A stretch of 64,000 bases of DNA from Podarcis melisellensis (taxonomy: Eukaryota): the NCBI GenBank assembly GCA_964234715.1, contig OZ174277.1; one strand, 5' to 3'. How positions within the stretch are numbered: the first letter of the stretch is position 1; every line of letters begins with the position of its first letter. This document shows, one piece after another, positions 34,931 through 47,053 of the stretch. The position numbers were made by a program, and so were the translations under genes. The notes beneath the pieces are model-generated. The model saw only the letters and a list, made by a program, of their open reading frames with translations, was not told the origin of the DNA and searched no databases.

Positions 34931-36997
34931 CCATCCTTGTCATAGAGAAAATCGGAAAATGGGGGAAATAAGCAGAGGGCTCCTATTTCATGCTGGCAGT
35001 TTAGATGGTATCACTTCTTTGCAAGTATGCTATGATTCTATGTTTGCTAAGGTTGCATACTTTGCACATGAAGCAGGACCAGAGAAGAAGATCAAAGCTG
35101 ACATGGGAGTTCATAAAAGGGCAAGTGCTCCCTCAGTTATAGGGGACCATGACCATGAATTTCGCAATGCAAACAATTGCTACAAAATACCTTACAAGTC
35201 TTTTGTGGCAAAGCCCTTGGCTTATTTGTTTTCTTGAGCTTTTCAGTCTAAATTTGACTTCCGTTTTGAGCTAACTCTTTTACTATGGATGTGCTGTTTT
35301 GGTTCTATTAAAGATGGGAAGCTCATGATAATTAATTTTAGCTGAAAAATATTCACATGCACAGAAAGTACTCTGTAACAGTATGGACACATTTTCTGTG
35401 TTATAGGTAGAAACCGGAGAATATTAATTATATGCTAATATAGTAACCGAAGTTCATGCTTTGAAGAGATGTTGTCATTCAAGGGCATTAAGCATTTCTG
35501 AAACAGCTCATTTTTGCAGTCTGAATAATACATTCTTTACGGATCATTAGGCATTGTGCTAAATGATTTATGGTTTCATACATAATAGCTGGATTCTGAT
35601 GACTAAAAAACAAACAAACCCTCAAAAGTCAATTGAAGCTGTCCTAGTGCACAGCAGTTATATAAGAACATATTGTATAAATTTATACCGTAAATGTCTA
35701 CATTGTTCACTCTGAAAACTAGAGGTCAGTTCCTTTGAGTCTTTTTTTTACTTAGGTTTCAATACCAAAGCATGAGCAGCATATGAAACATAACACATGC
35801 ATGTGTGCATTATTATTCTGATTAGTCCTAAAACACACACACATGGGTCTGATTGCTGCTCATGTATGCTTTTCAGGACAGATATGGAAAATAAAATACA
35901 TGGCTATGATTCACACTGGATGTGGTGCCTGTCTATATTTTCATGCCTAAGCATTCACACATAAGGTAAAAAAAATCAAAAGAAAAAGTCACATAGGAAC
36001 TGGCCATAAACCTTTCCAGAAAAGTGTGTGTTGTATGGCATACTGTCATATAACTTATTCCTGCTCAGCAGCATAAATAGTAAATTGTTAGGACCAGTGC
36101 TGAAAAAGCTCTGCTTATTTTACTCATCAACCTCATATGTGTAGGCCAGAGCTTAACTGATGGCCTGATACAAAGGTTAAAACGCGGAGGGGAGGAAAGG
36201 ATTAGGTGTCAGTGGTTTCCTTGGGTATCTTGAATCTAGGCTTTGAAAGCCATCACCAACACTTTAAATGGAACCTGGAAACAATCTGAAGCCAATGATA
36301 GTTTCTTCAAATTCAGTGAAATATGCTCTCCACAGCCAGTACTTGCTAACAACAGGGTCTCTGCATTTTGTATCAGCTGAACCTTCCAGAAATTCACCAG
36401 AGGCACCCCTACACGGAGTGCAGATACAGAATTTATTTTCTTTATTTAACAAAGTCAACTTTTTTCTGATTTCCCAGAGGAATCAAAGGTGGCTAACAGA
36501 TCAGATAATAACAGTATTTAAAAAAATCCACTCCCCAATTAAACTCAAATAACAAAAAATGAACATGAAAACGTTTTTCACAAAATTTAGGATTACAGAA
36601 TAGCTGTCAAAACACCACACTAAGCTAGAAGAAGATCACTCAGCCAAAGGTTTTCACCAGCTGCTTGAAGCAATTTAATGATTGGGCATGACACTCCCTT
36701 TACTCCGCAGGCAGTCCACAAGGTGGGTGTCAGAACAGAAAAGAGCAGCAGGAAAGTTACTGATGCATGTTTAATGGCAGCTCAATCATACAAGTGAAAA
36801 ACGACTGTGCTTAAGTCTTCCCTTTTTGTGGTAAGAGAAATATAAATTTAAAAACAATACAGACAAATCTATTGCAATGGTATTGCAATTAACCAGGTGT
36901 AAAAGAAGGACAGGTTCCGATGTCTGTAAAAATTAAAGAAGAAGTGACTAAACATCATATGTTACATTTATTAGAAAGGGGGTACTTCTGTCTAAAT

Positions 36998-38881
36998 CAT
37001 GGGTAGGCAAACTAAGGCCCGGGGGCTGGATCCAGCCCAACCGCCTTCTAAATCCAGCCCGTGGACGGTCTGGGAATCAGCGTGATTTACATGAGTAGAA
37101 TGTGTCCTTTTATTTAAAATGCATCTCTGGGGTATTTGTGGGGCATAGGAATTCATTCTTTTTTTCTTCTTTCCAAAATATAGTCCAGCCCCCCCACAAA
37201 ATTTGGAGCAGAATTTGGAGCAAATGATTCAGGAGGAAACACAGCCCAGAATAACTAAGGAGAAAGTACAAGAATACTTGGCTAGTTTAGATGTATTCAA
37301 CTCTCCAGGGCCAGATGTACTGCATCCAAGAGTATTAAAAGAACTGGCAGATGTGATCTCAGAACCACTGGCAGTCATCTTTGAGAATTCCTGGAGAACA
37401 GGCGAAGTCCCGGCAGACTGGAGGAGGGCAAATGTTGTCCCTATTTTCAAAAAGGGGAAAAGAGAGGACCCAAATAATTACCGCCAGTCAGTCTGACATC
37501 AATACCAAGGAAGATTCTGGAGCAGATCATTAAGCAAACAGTCTGTGAGCACCTAGAAAGGAATGCTGTGATCACCAATAGTCAGCATGGATTTCTGAAA
37601 AATAAGTCATGTCAGACTAACCTGATCTCATTTTTTGACAGAATTACAACCCTGGTAGATGAAGGGAACGCAGTGGATGTAGCCTACCTTGATTTCAGCA
37701 AGGCATTTGACAAGGTGCCCCATGATATTCTTGTAAAGAAGCTGGTAAAATGCGGTCTTGACTATGCTACCACTCAGTGGATTTGTAACTGGCTGACTGA
37801 CCGAACCCAAAGGGTTCCTCTTCAATGGTTCCTCTTCATCCTGGAGAAGAGTGACTAGTGGGGTGCCACAGGGTTCTGTCTTGGGCCAGGTCTTATTCAA
37901 CATCTTTATCAATGACTTGGATGATGGACTCAAGGGCATCCTGATCAAATTTGCAGATGACACCAAACTGGGAGGGGTGGCTAACACCCCAGAGGACAGG
38001 ATCACACTTCAAAACGACCTTGACAGATTAGAGAACTGGGCCAAAACAAACAAGATAATTTTAACAGGGAGAAATGTAAAGTATTGCACTTGGGCAAAAA
38101 AAATGAGAGGCACAAATACAAGATGGGTGACACCTGGCTTGAGAGCAGTACATGTGAAAAGGCTCTAGGAGTCTTGGATGACCACAAACTTGACATAAGC
38201 CAACAGTGTGACGCGGCAGCTAAAAAAGCCAATGCAATTCTGGGCTGCATCAATAGGAGTATAGTATCTAGATCAAGGGAAATAATAGTGCCACTGTATT
38301 CTGCTCTGGTCAGACCTCACCTGGAGTACTGTGTCCAGTTCTGGGCACCACAGTTCAAGAAGGACACTGACAAACTGGAACGTGTCCAGAGGATGGCAAC
38401 CAAAATGGTCAAAGGCCTGGAAACGATGCCTTATGAGGAACGGCTAAGGGAGCTGGGCATGTTTAGCCTGGAGAAGAGGAGGTTAAGGGGTGATATGATA
38501 GCCATGTTCAAATATACAAAAGGATGTCACATAGATGAAGGAGAAAGGTTGTTTTCTGCTGCTCCAGAGAAGCGGACACGGAGCAATGGATCCAAACCAC
38601 AAGAAAGAAGATTCCACCTAAACATTAAGAAGAACTGCCTGACAGTAAGAGCTGTTTAACAGTGGAATTTGCTGCCAAGGAGTGTGGTGGAGTCTCCTTC
38701 TTTGGAGGTCTTTAAGCAGGGGCTTGACAACCATATGTCAGGAGTGCTCTGATGGTGTTTCCTGCTTGGCAGGGGGTTGGACTCGATGGCCCTTGTGGTC
38801 TCTTCCAACTCTATGATTCTATGATTCAAAGACTGAGGGACAGTGGACCGGCCCCCTGCTGAAAAAGTTTGCTGACCCCTG
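36998..38881 (+). mobile_element. hAT MITE (same family as 530-778) split by a CR1 insertion
   Basis: Left half 36998-37200, right half 38828-38881; exact 8-bp TSD GTCTAAAT (36990-36997, 38882-38889). Confidence 0.92.
37201..38827 (+). mobile_element. 5'-truncated CR1 LINE; ORF2 reverse transcriptase pseudogene with frameshifts
   Basis: 'SPGPD.LHPRVLKEL', 'YLDFSKAFDKVPH', '[18 protein letters not shown]', 'IKFADDTKL', 'LYSALVRPHLEYCVQFWAP'; (ATTCTATG)n 3' tail. Confidence 0.97.
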
Positions 38882-39107
38882 GTCTAAATGATGGCTTTTC
38901 AGTGGATGGGATTTCAGCATCAACACATTACCCTATGAAGGGAGCAGAAACTGCAGCTTCCCTATCCAAAATATATGTGAGCAAGATCCCAGTCCTTTCT
39001 CAGTCACCACTCATGGGTATTTTGAAGAGAAAAGTCAAATTTGTGTCTTTGTTCTTTAAAGCACCAAGAGAGCTCAGAAACTGTTTAATAATAGCAGCAT
39101 ATATATA

Positions 39108-39108
<1 letters not shown>

Positions 39109-39147
<39 letters not shown>

Positions 39148-39180
39148 CTGTGTGTGCGTGCGTATGTGTGTGTGCGCGCG
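39109..39180. repeat. (TG)n microsatellite with a degenerate TG/CG end
   Basis: Direct inspection. Confidence 0.97.
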
Positions 39181-40377
39181 GGGAATACTGAGAAACAACA
39201 ACAAAACTTCCATGTTCTGCTGAGAAACAAATTAAACTAAATGGAAACTAAATGGAACAACATCAAAAGAGTAGGACAGGATTACACAGAATGTATCAGC
39301 AGTGACCCATGCCCAGCTGCCCTTGAGTGGCACCTGTATATTTGCTGCCCATAGCTGAGTCACTTCTAAGGATGGAAGAAAGCTTAGCATTGTTATTACT
39401 ACATTTGTATCCTGCCTACCAAGGAACTTAGGGTGGCATCCCATTTTGTCTTCGCAACAACCCTGTAAGGGAGGTTGGCTTGGTTTCTCCAAACCAGCTC
39501 AACCCTTCAGTGTTCACTGCCAATTACTGCTGCAAAGAGTGCTTGAACAAAAACTCATGCCTTAAAAAAAAAAGGTTGCCCACTGAACTGGAAGTGCAGC
39601 ATTATTAGAAACAAACAAATTAGCAGGGAAAAAGGTCAAATCACTACCCAGTAAACCTTATAAGATTTTTTGCTGTCATTAAGTCTCAGCTGAGAGCTTT
39701 ATAACTTGGGAATATAATTACTGTCAGGAAGCATGCCAAAGAAGCAATCAAGGGGAAGCAGAGAGCAGGAGGCCATGTCTAAAGCCAGTAATATATTCTT
39801 CCGTTATGGCCAAAATTAGGTTGGTATTTAGTTCTGCCACAAATGGTAGACATTAAGGGTGATAGTAGATCACAGCATGACAGACACATTATTGTGTGTT
39901 TATTTTGTGTGCATTTATTAAAAGGATGGTTCTTAATCTTCTAACCACAGCAAAGAAAATGAAAACAAAAGTAAACTATGCATTATGCTTAATGCACTGT
40001 GTGTAGCAGTGTGTCTTGTTTTTCTTAGTGCTGTGGTGGGATGGGAGATTGTTATCTGGATAAAAGTGCACAGGGAGGCAAGGTTTATCTTATACCTTTC
40101 CTAGCTACACTGGGAAGGGCGAATTTCAGGGTGGTGGACCTTGTGGCTGGAAAAAGGAAGGGATAAATGTCCATTCTTGCATTGTTTGACCTGATATCAA
40201 TACACACACCAACTGGAATTAAGAAAAGCAAGGGATGCAGCTTTGTGCTACGCATTAAACACAATGTGCAGATTCTGAACTAAGATAAATCATCAGATGT
40301 TGAAGTGAGGACAAGAGTATTTAATTTTCAGCTCATGTTACTACCACAGAAAGTCTTGATTTTCCAAAGTATGCTTC

Positions 40378-42695
40378 TGTTGTTGTTTAGTCGTTGAGTC
40401 GTGTCTGACTCTTCATGACCCCATGGACCAGAGCACGTCAGGCACTCCTGTCTTCCACTGCCTCCCGCAGTTTGGTCAAACTCATGTTTGTAGCTTCGTC
40501 CCCTTCTCCTTGTGCCCTCAATCTTTCCCAACACCAGGGTCTTTTCCAGGGAATCTTCTCTTCTCATGAGGTGGCCAAAGTATTGGAGCCTCAGCTTCAG
40601 GATCTGTCCTTCAGGACAGTATTGGAGCCTCAGCTTCAGGATCTGTCCTTCCAGTGAGCACTCAGGACTGATCTCCTTCAGAATGGATAGGTTTGATCTT
40701 GGAGTCTATGGGTCTCTCAAGAGTATCCTCCAGCACCATAATTCAAAAGCATCAATTCTTTGGCGATCAACCTTCTTTATGGTCCAGCTCTCACTTCCAT
40801 ACATTACTACTGGGAAAACCATAGCTTTAACTATACAGACCTTTGTCAGCAAGGTGATGTCTCTGCTTTTTAAGATGCTGTCTAGGTTTGTCATTGCTTT
40901 TCTCCCAAGAAGCAGGCATCTTTTAATTTCATGACTGCTGTCACCATCTGCAGTGATCATGGAGCCCAAGAAAGTAAAATCTCTCACTGCCTCCATTTCT
41001 TCCCCTTCTATTTGCCAGGAGATGATGGGCCCAGTGGCCATGATCTTCGTTTTCTGATGTTGAGCTTCAGACCATATTTTGTGCTCTCCTCTATCACCCT
41101 CATTAAAAGGTTCTTTAATTCCTCCTCACTTTCTGCCATCAAGGTTGTGTCATCTGCATAGCTGAGGTTGTTGATTTTTCTTCCGGCAATTTTAATTCCA
41201 GCTTGGGATTCATCCAGCCCAGCCTTTCGCATGATGAATTCTGCATATAAGTTAAATAAGCAGGGAGACAAAATACAGCCTTGTCGTACTCCTTTCCCAA
41301 TTTTGAACCAATCAGTTGTTCCATATCCAGTTCTAACTATAGCTTCTTGTCCCACATAGAGATTTCTCAGGAGACAGATGAGGTGATCAGGCACTCCCAT
41401 TTCTTTAAGAACTTGCCATAGTTTGCCGTGGTCGACACAGTCAAAGGCTTTTGCATAGTCGATGAAGCAGAAGTAGATTTTTTTTGGAACTCTCTAGCTT
41501 TCTCCATAATCCAGCGCATGTTTGCAATTTGGTCTCTGGTTCCTCTGCCCTTTTGAAATCCAGCTTGCACTTCTGAGAGTTTTCAGTCCGTATACTGCTT
41601 AAGCCTGCCTTGTAGAATTTTAAACATAACCTTGCTAGTGTGTGAAATAAGCGCAATTGTGCGGTAGTTGGAGCATTCTTTGGCACTGTCCTTTGGGATT
41701 GGGATGTAGACTGATCTTCTCCAATCCTCTGGCCACTGCTGAGTTTTCCAAACTTGCTGGCATATTGAGTGTAGCACCTTAACAGCACCATCTTTTAAAA
41801 TTTTAAATAGTTCAGCTGGAACATCATCACTTCCACTAGCCTTGTTATTTGCAGTGCTTTCTAAGGCCCACTTGACTTCACTCTCCAGGATGTCTGGCTC
41901 AAGGTCAGCAACCACACTGCCTGGGGTGTACAAGGCATCTATATCTTTCTGGTATAATTCCTCTGTGTATTCTTGCCACCTTGATGTCTTCTGCTTCTGT
42001 TAGGTCCTTACCACTTTTGTCCTTTATTATGGTAATTGTACGAAATGTTCCTTTCATATCTCCAATTTTCTTGAACAGATCTGTTTTTTTCCATTCTATT
42101 GTTTTCCTCTATTTCATTTAAGAAGGCCCTCTTGTCTCTCCTTGCTATTTTTCAGAAATCTGCATTCAATTTCCTGTATCTTTCACTATCTCCCTCACAT
42201 TTTGCTTGCCTTTTCTCCCCCGCTATTTGTAAGGCCTCGTTGGACAGCCACTTTGCTTTCTTGCATTTCCTTTTCATTGGGATGGTTTTCGTTGCTGCCT
42301 CCTGTATAATGGTACCAGCCTCCATCCATGGTTCTTCAGGCACTCTGTCTACCAAATCTAAATCCTTAAACCTGTTCCTCACTTCCACTGTGCATTCATA
42401 AGGGATTTGATTTAGATTGTATCTTACTGGCCCAGTGATTTTTCCTACTTTCTTCAGCTTAAGCTTGAATTTTGCTATAAGAAGCTGATGATCTGAGCCA
42501 CAGTCATCTCCAGGTCTTGTTTTTGCTGACTGTATTGAGCTTCTCCATCTTTGGCTGCAGAGAATATAATCAATCTGATTTTGATGCTGCCCATTTAGTG
42601 ATGTCCATGTGTAGAGTCTCCTCTTGTGTTGTTGGAAAAGAGTGTTTGTGATGATCAGCTTGTTCTCTTGACAGAGCTCTATTAGCTCTATTAGC
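40378..42695 (-). mobile_element. BovB (RTE) LINE, 5'-truncated, ~2.3 kb, multiple frameshifts
   Basis: 'EPDILESEVKWAL', 'GKGVRQGCILSPCLFNLYAE', 'NNLSYADDTTLMAESEEEL', 'FPVVMYGSESWTIKK..RIDAFELWCWR', 'DSLEKTLVLGKIEG'; (CAA)n tail. Confidence 0.96.
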
Positions 42696-42897
42696 TCCCA
42701 TTTTCATCATTAAAAGTTTTTATCAGCAATTTGTCGCCTTGTTTGCGTTTTTGTGTCCCAAAAACTTAGTTTATAATCTAATAGTTCTCCAAAAGGTTTT
42801 TACTTTCTCAATCTCACTTATCTTCCTAATTCTATCTAATTTAGTGGTGCTCAATTATTTCTGATTTAGCAACCTACTTAACATTCAACCAAATTAC

Positions 42898-42956
42898 AAT
42901 GCTTTTGTAAATACATTCAAGAAATGCTTTTGTAAATACATTCAAGAAATTCAAGA
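42898..42956. repeat. Perfect 25-bp tandem duplication plus a partial unit
   Basis: AATGCTTTTGTAAATACATTCAAGA x2, then AATTCAAGA. Confidence 0.92.
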
Positions 42957-45431
42957 TTCCTGGCTGTGTCATAGTTGTGCCATTTGTGCACATGCATAGC
43001 TAGAGGTCCTCTGTCTATCCCAGAAAATTGTATGCCAAGGACTATCTGATCTCCTGCCACCGTTTAAAAAGTATAGGATTAAGATTTATTTTCTGTGCTC
43101 AGTGTTCTTATAGTCGTTCTAAAGTGTTTATTCCATTACATAAACCAACAGAATATATCTTTCAATTGTTTCTGAGACAACTGATAGTTATACATAATAG
43201 GTTTATGATTTTTTTGTTTGTTTGCACATAATACAATGCTTTCCAGGTAGGCCAATAAATGTGATCTGAAATTATGAAAACATAATTTCAGGGTATTGCA
43301 ACAAGAGTTTGATTGGTATAAATTAGTGCAGGTAAATACTAGTGCCTTGAGTGAAAACCCAATCAACTCTTAAGTGTTATTGCTTAGCAAGTCAATGTAT
43401 CATTGCTAACCTACCACACACTGAGTGTATCCATGGGACATTAAGCAAGCCAAGTAAAACAAGGCAATCTAAAATGTATCATTCAGTAGCTCAATATCAT
43501 TGCTGTCCATGTTGGTTCTATGCAGTGTAGCATGAAGGCACAAGTTCTGAGGGCTGTGCATATTATTTCCTTGGATTATGCTGTCCATTTCATTGCTAAA
43601 CATTAAGACCTACTTGGTAAGGGCAAAAAACTGAAGCTAAAAGCTCATTATAAATCCTTTTATATTAAATTTACCGGTCTACAGAGTACAGTGATAAGCT
43701 TTCTGACCTCAATCCCTCTGGATGTGACTTCACAAATGAATGCAACTAATGTGCTTTTTGCTTTATGGAATGTGATTCAGGCTAATCCCACAAAAAATGT
43801 GATGGGGTGAAGGTGAGGTCATGGACTACAGGAAATAAAGACGTGGTTATAGAATACATGTGTGTGCAAAAATCAGAGCAGTAACTTAATATTAGCCTGA
43901 GAACAAAATACTGTAAGAGCAATCTAACTGGATAAAAAGTAAAAATGGATAAACAAAGTCAAGTGGAATTCAACAAAATTGTGAACATATCTAATAGTGA
44001 TGATGATGATTGTTTCACTATATGGAGAGAAATAACTAATAATGAGAACACGTAGAACCACTGTGTACTAAAGATGGAGGGCAAATCAAAGGTGGTTCAT
44101 CTGCCATAGCAAATGCTCTGCCGGCATCCAAGCCCTGTTGTCAGCAGGGCAGAAGGCAGGAGCACTCTTGCAATCTTACAGGGTAGTCCTCCCCCCACAT
44201 CATATGTGAAGTAGTTACCTCCCATTGTTTCAAATAAGAGTGAAATAAATGGGCTTGAACTGTGTCAGGATGGGCATAATTCAATATCCAGTTTGGCATG
44301 TGTGTGCGTATCAGACAACTGTAAAAGCATCCAATCCTTTGCAGTCAAATTTTATTTGGGTCTCTCTAAGCACATCCCAAACCTGCCCCACTTTCAGCCC
44401 TACCAAAGGGCCATGGAAGTTGTTGTGGCAGTAGGAAGAGGGAACCCAACACTGAATCTCCATCACCAAGGCTAGAGCTCTCCTTCCCATATACAGAGCC
44501 AGATAAACCTCCTATGATCAGAGCAGAAGCTTTTGTAGCCAACAAGTACCTGGCAAGTGGCCCATGAGAGTCCTGTGGGTAGTTGGACAGGCCAGATCCA
44601 GCTAATGGCTAGCCTTACTTTAGGTCTAGGAATATCAGCCACACGTGGTGTAACATAGTCTCTTGTTGATAATAACTGATTCCTTTTCACATTGGTTCAG
44701 GAAAGAAAATTGTGTCATATCTTACTTGTTTAAAAACAAATGTTATTTGTAGGCATGTAACATTAATTCCAACCAGCATTTAAGTTCAGTTAAGCAGAGT
44801 TCTGCTGCTTATCACTTCCCCTTTCCTGCATCCTTTGTTGTAATTCATATAACAAGCTAAATGCATAAATACACTGAACAATATATGTCAGAATGATTAA
44901 TAAATAATATGCCAACACAAAACAACGTGGCTAGGATTCAATGAACCCTGCAGTGTGGCATTTATAATATACTCATATTATAATTAAATAGATAGTACTG
45001 TATTTCTAGACAATGCAAAATCAAACAGGCATTCAAAAACTGGCAATATATAGGCAATCAGACTCTGCCATATGAAATCCAAGGAAACCTATCATTGACC
45101 AGCACCAGACTACTATACTCAGTTGTTTTTAATTAAACATCAGCAGTGATGTGACAAATAAACTGCATGAAAAAAACTAAATGTTAAGAGCTTTTCTTTC
45201 CTATAACTAACATGATTCATGGAATTGAACATCCTTTCTGGTCAGAAGGTCTTAGAAGACAAAATCTGAATGATATCTGAAGAACTAAAAAGGCAAACTC
45301 AAGAAAGATAAAATCTGTAAAGCTAAGTAGCAGTACAGGATTCAGTAAGCAATAACTAGCTAGGCTCCCCAGATAACACTAATTTATAGAGAGAAGCAGA
45401 TCAGTATAATCACTCCATGAAGAGCACTTAC

Positions 45432-45483
45432 CACAGTAATCAAACACTCTCACAGCAGCAATGAATGAGAAACTTCCACTTAC
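45432..45483 (-). other. 52-nt exon candidate whose 5' end reconstitutes a donor (recursive-splice/RS-exon-like)
   Basis: CTTTTCTTTTTCTTTTTCAG|GTAAGT...CTGTG|GTAAGT: pure pyrimidine tract, CAG acceptor and two GTAAGT donors. Confidence 0.6.
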
Positions 45484-45751
45484 CTGAAAAAGAAAAAGAA
45501 AAGCCCGTTTTAAACTAGCTCCTCAGAAGCACTATTTCAAAAAGAGGAAAAGGTACTTAGCTTATTTTAGCTTTGCATGATATTTTCATAACAGCAGTAT
45601 GAGATACCATTCTAAGCTACATTTATTTTTCATCTAAAGAGGTTTAAAAATGGTGTGCATATGATACAACAAGTAAAACAAAGCACAGTCAGTCATAATG
45701 CTATCTGAACTGCTACAATTGCTCCACAACTGGTTTAATATTTCTTCAGCT

Positions 45752-46145
45752 TTAATTTATTTGTTTGTTTATATTTCATTAAAATTATTCACCACTTGTA
45801 AAAAACAACAACTTCAAAGTGGTTTACGGAAGATAAAATAGTAAAATCAAGAAAAAATTAGAACCTTACTTGAAAACATACAAAAGTTAAGATGCTAAGA
45901 TTAAAACTTTGTCAACTTTCTGAGCATCAGGGTAGGAATGTTTTTAATAGGCACCCAAAAGAGTATGGTGAAGGCACCTGCTTGATCTCAATAGGCAGGG
46001 AGTTCCAAAGTGCAGGCACTGCCACACTAAACGACCGAGTTCTTACAAATGTGGAATGGGTATTATGTGGCACGTGTAGTAGTGCCAATTCCTCTGATCA
46101 AAGCAGTCGAGTGGGCACAGGTGGGGTAAGGCAATCTCATATGAT
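45752..46145 (-). mobile_element. Old L2-like LINE 3' fragment
   Basis: GGCAGGGAGTTCCAAAGTGCAGGCACTGCCACACTAAA is the reverse of an 'FSVAVPALWNSLP' motif; A-rich UTR and tail. Confidence 0.65.
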
Positions 46146-46151
46146 CAAGTC

Positions 46152-46153
<2 letters not shown>

Positions 46154-46195
<42 letters not shown>
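46154..46195. repeat. (CA)n microsatellite
   Basis: Direct inspection, about 21 units. Confidence 0.97.
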
Positions 46196-46196
<1 letters not shown>

Positions 46197-46399
46197 ACTC
46201 CATTGCCCAATTCCACTATCCTTATAGAAACAACAGTCTTATTCATTCATTCACTATCTGGATTAAATAAACACACGAGGCGAGAGTGGGTATAAGGATG
46301 CTAGCTGTGCCCCTTACCCTGCTGTTTTGCACAGTTTCAAGGGTGACTGTCTCCTGTACTTGTGGTGGCTTCTGCATGATGCAGAACACTGGAAATTTA

Positions 46400-47053
46400 G
46401 GGTTCTATATCACACGGGGCCCTTCAGGAGTACAGGAGGGTTCTCCACCGCACACTTTCACTTTTGAATTCATAGAAAGTGTTGCGGATGCAGGTGGAAG
46501 TATCAGACTCGTGTCCACTCTCCTCCTCTCACATGTTTGGTTAACCAAGGTAGAGAATGCTTGAATAAGGCTAATGACACACAGGAAGGAGTTAAGGAAC
46601 AGAACGTTGGAACCGATAGTTAAGGAGACTACTTCTCAAACAATAATGACTAGTTCAAGTCAAAAAGCTCAACCCCCTTTTAGCACAGGAAACATCAGGT
46701 TTTACTTTAAAAAATAGGGCATCATAAGGTGAAACAGCATTTTCCCCCAGAGGGTTGAAAGTGGTACAGTAGAAGCAGCATTGTCTGTAGTGAGCACACC
46801 AACATCCAAGCATTGTCTCAGGTCAGATGGTTTTGCAGCTGTTTAAAAATTCTGCATACCCTGTTTGAACAGAGGCCACAGCAGGACAAACAGGCTACAG
46901 CAGGACATGTTAGCGTGCAATTATGGAAAACTGTAGCTCTCTCAAAACACTTTCAACTCTCGTAAAAATGACTCTCTAGTAGCCACAATAGGAATCTTGG
47001 TGCGGTGGAGAACCCTCCTGTACTCCTGAAGGGCCCTGTGTGATATAGAACCC
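46400..47053. mobile_element. 654-bp segment bounded by 54-bp inverted repeats (candidate PIF/Harbinger-like MITE or fold-back)
   Basis: 46400-46453 versus the reverse complement of 47000-47053: 53/54 identical; flanked by TTA and TAA. Confidence 0.6.

Noticed and set aside
37203-38659. Long ORFs as host protein-coding genes
   Set aside because: Frameshifted CR1 RT fragments within a 5'-truncated element
40328-42401. Cluster of ORFs on both strands
   Set aside because: BovB ORF fragments and their antisense shadows
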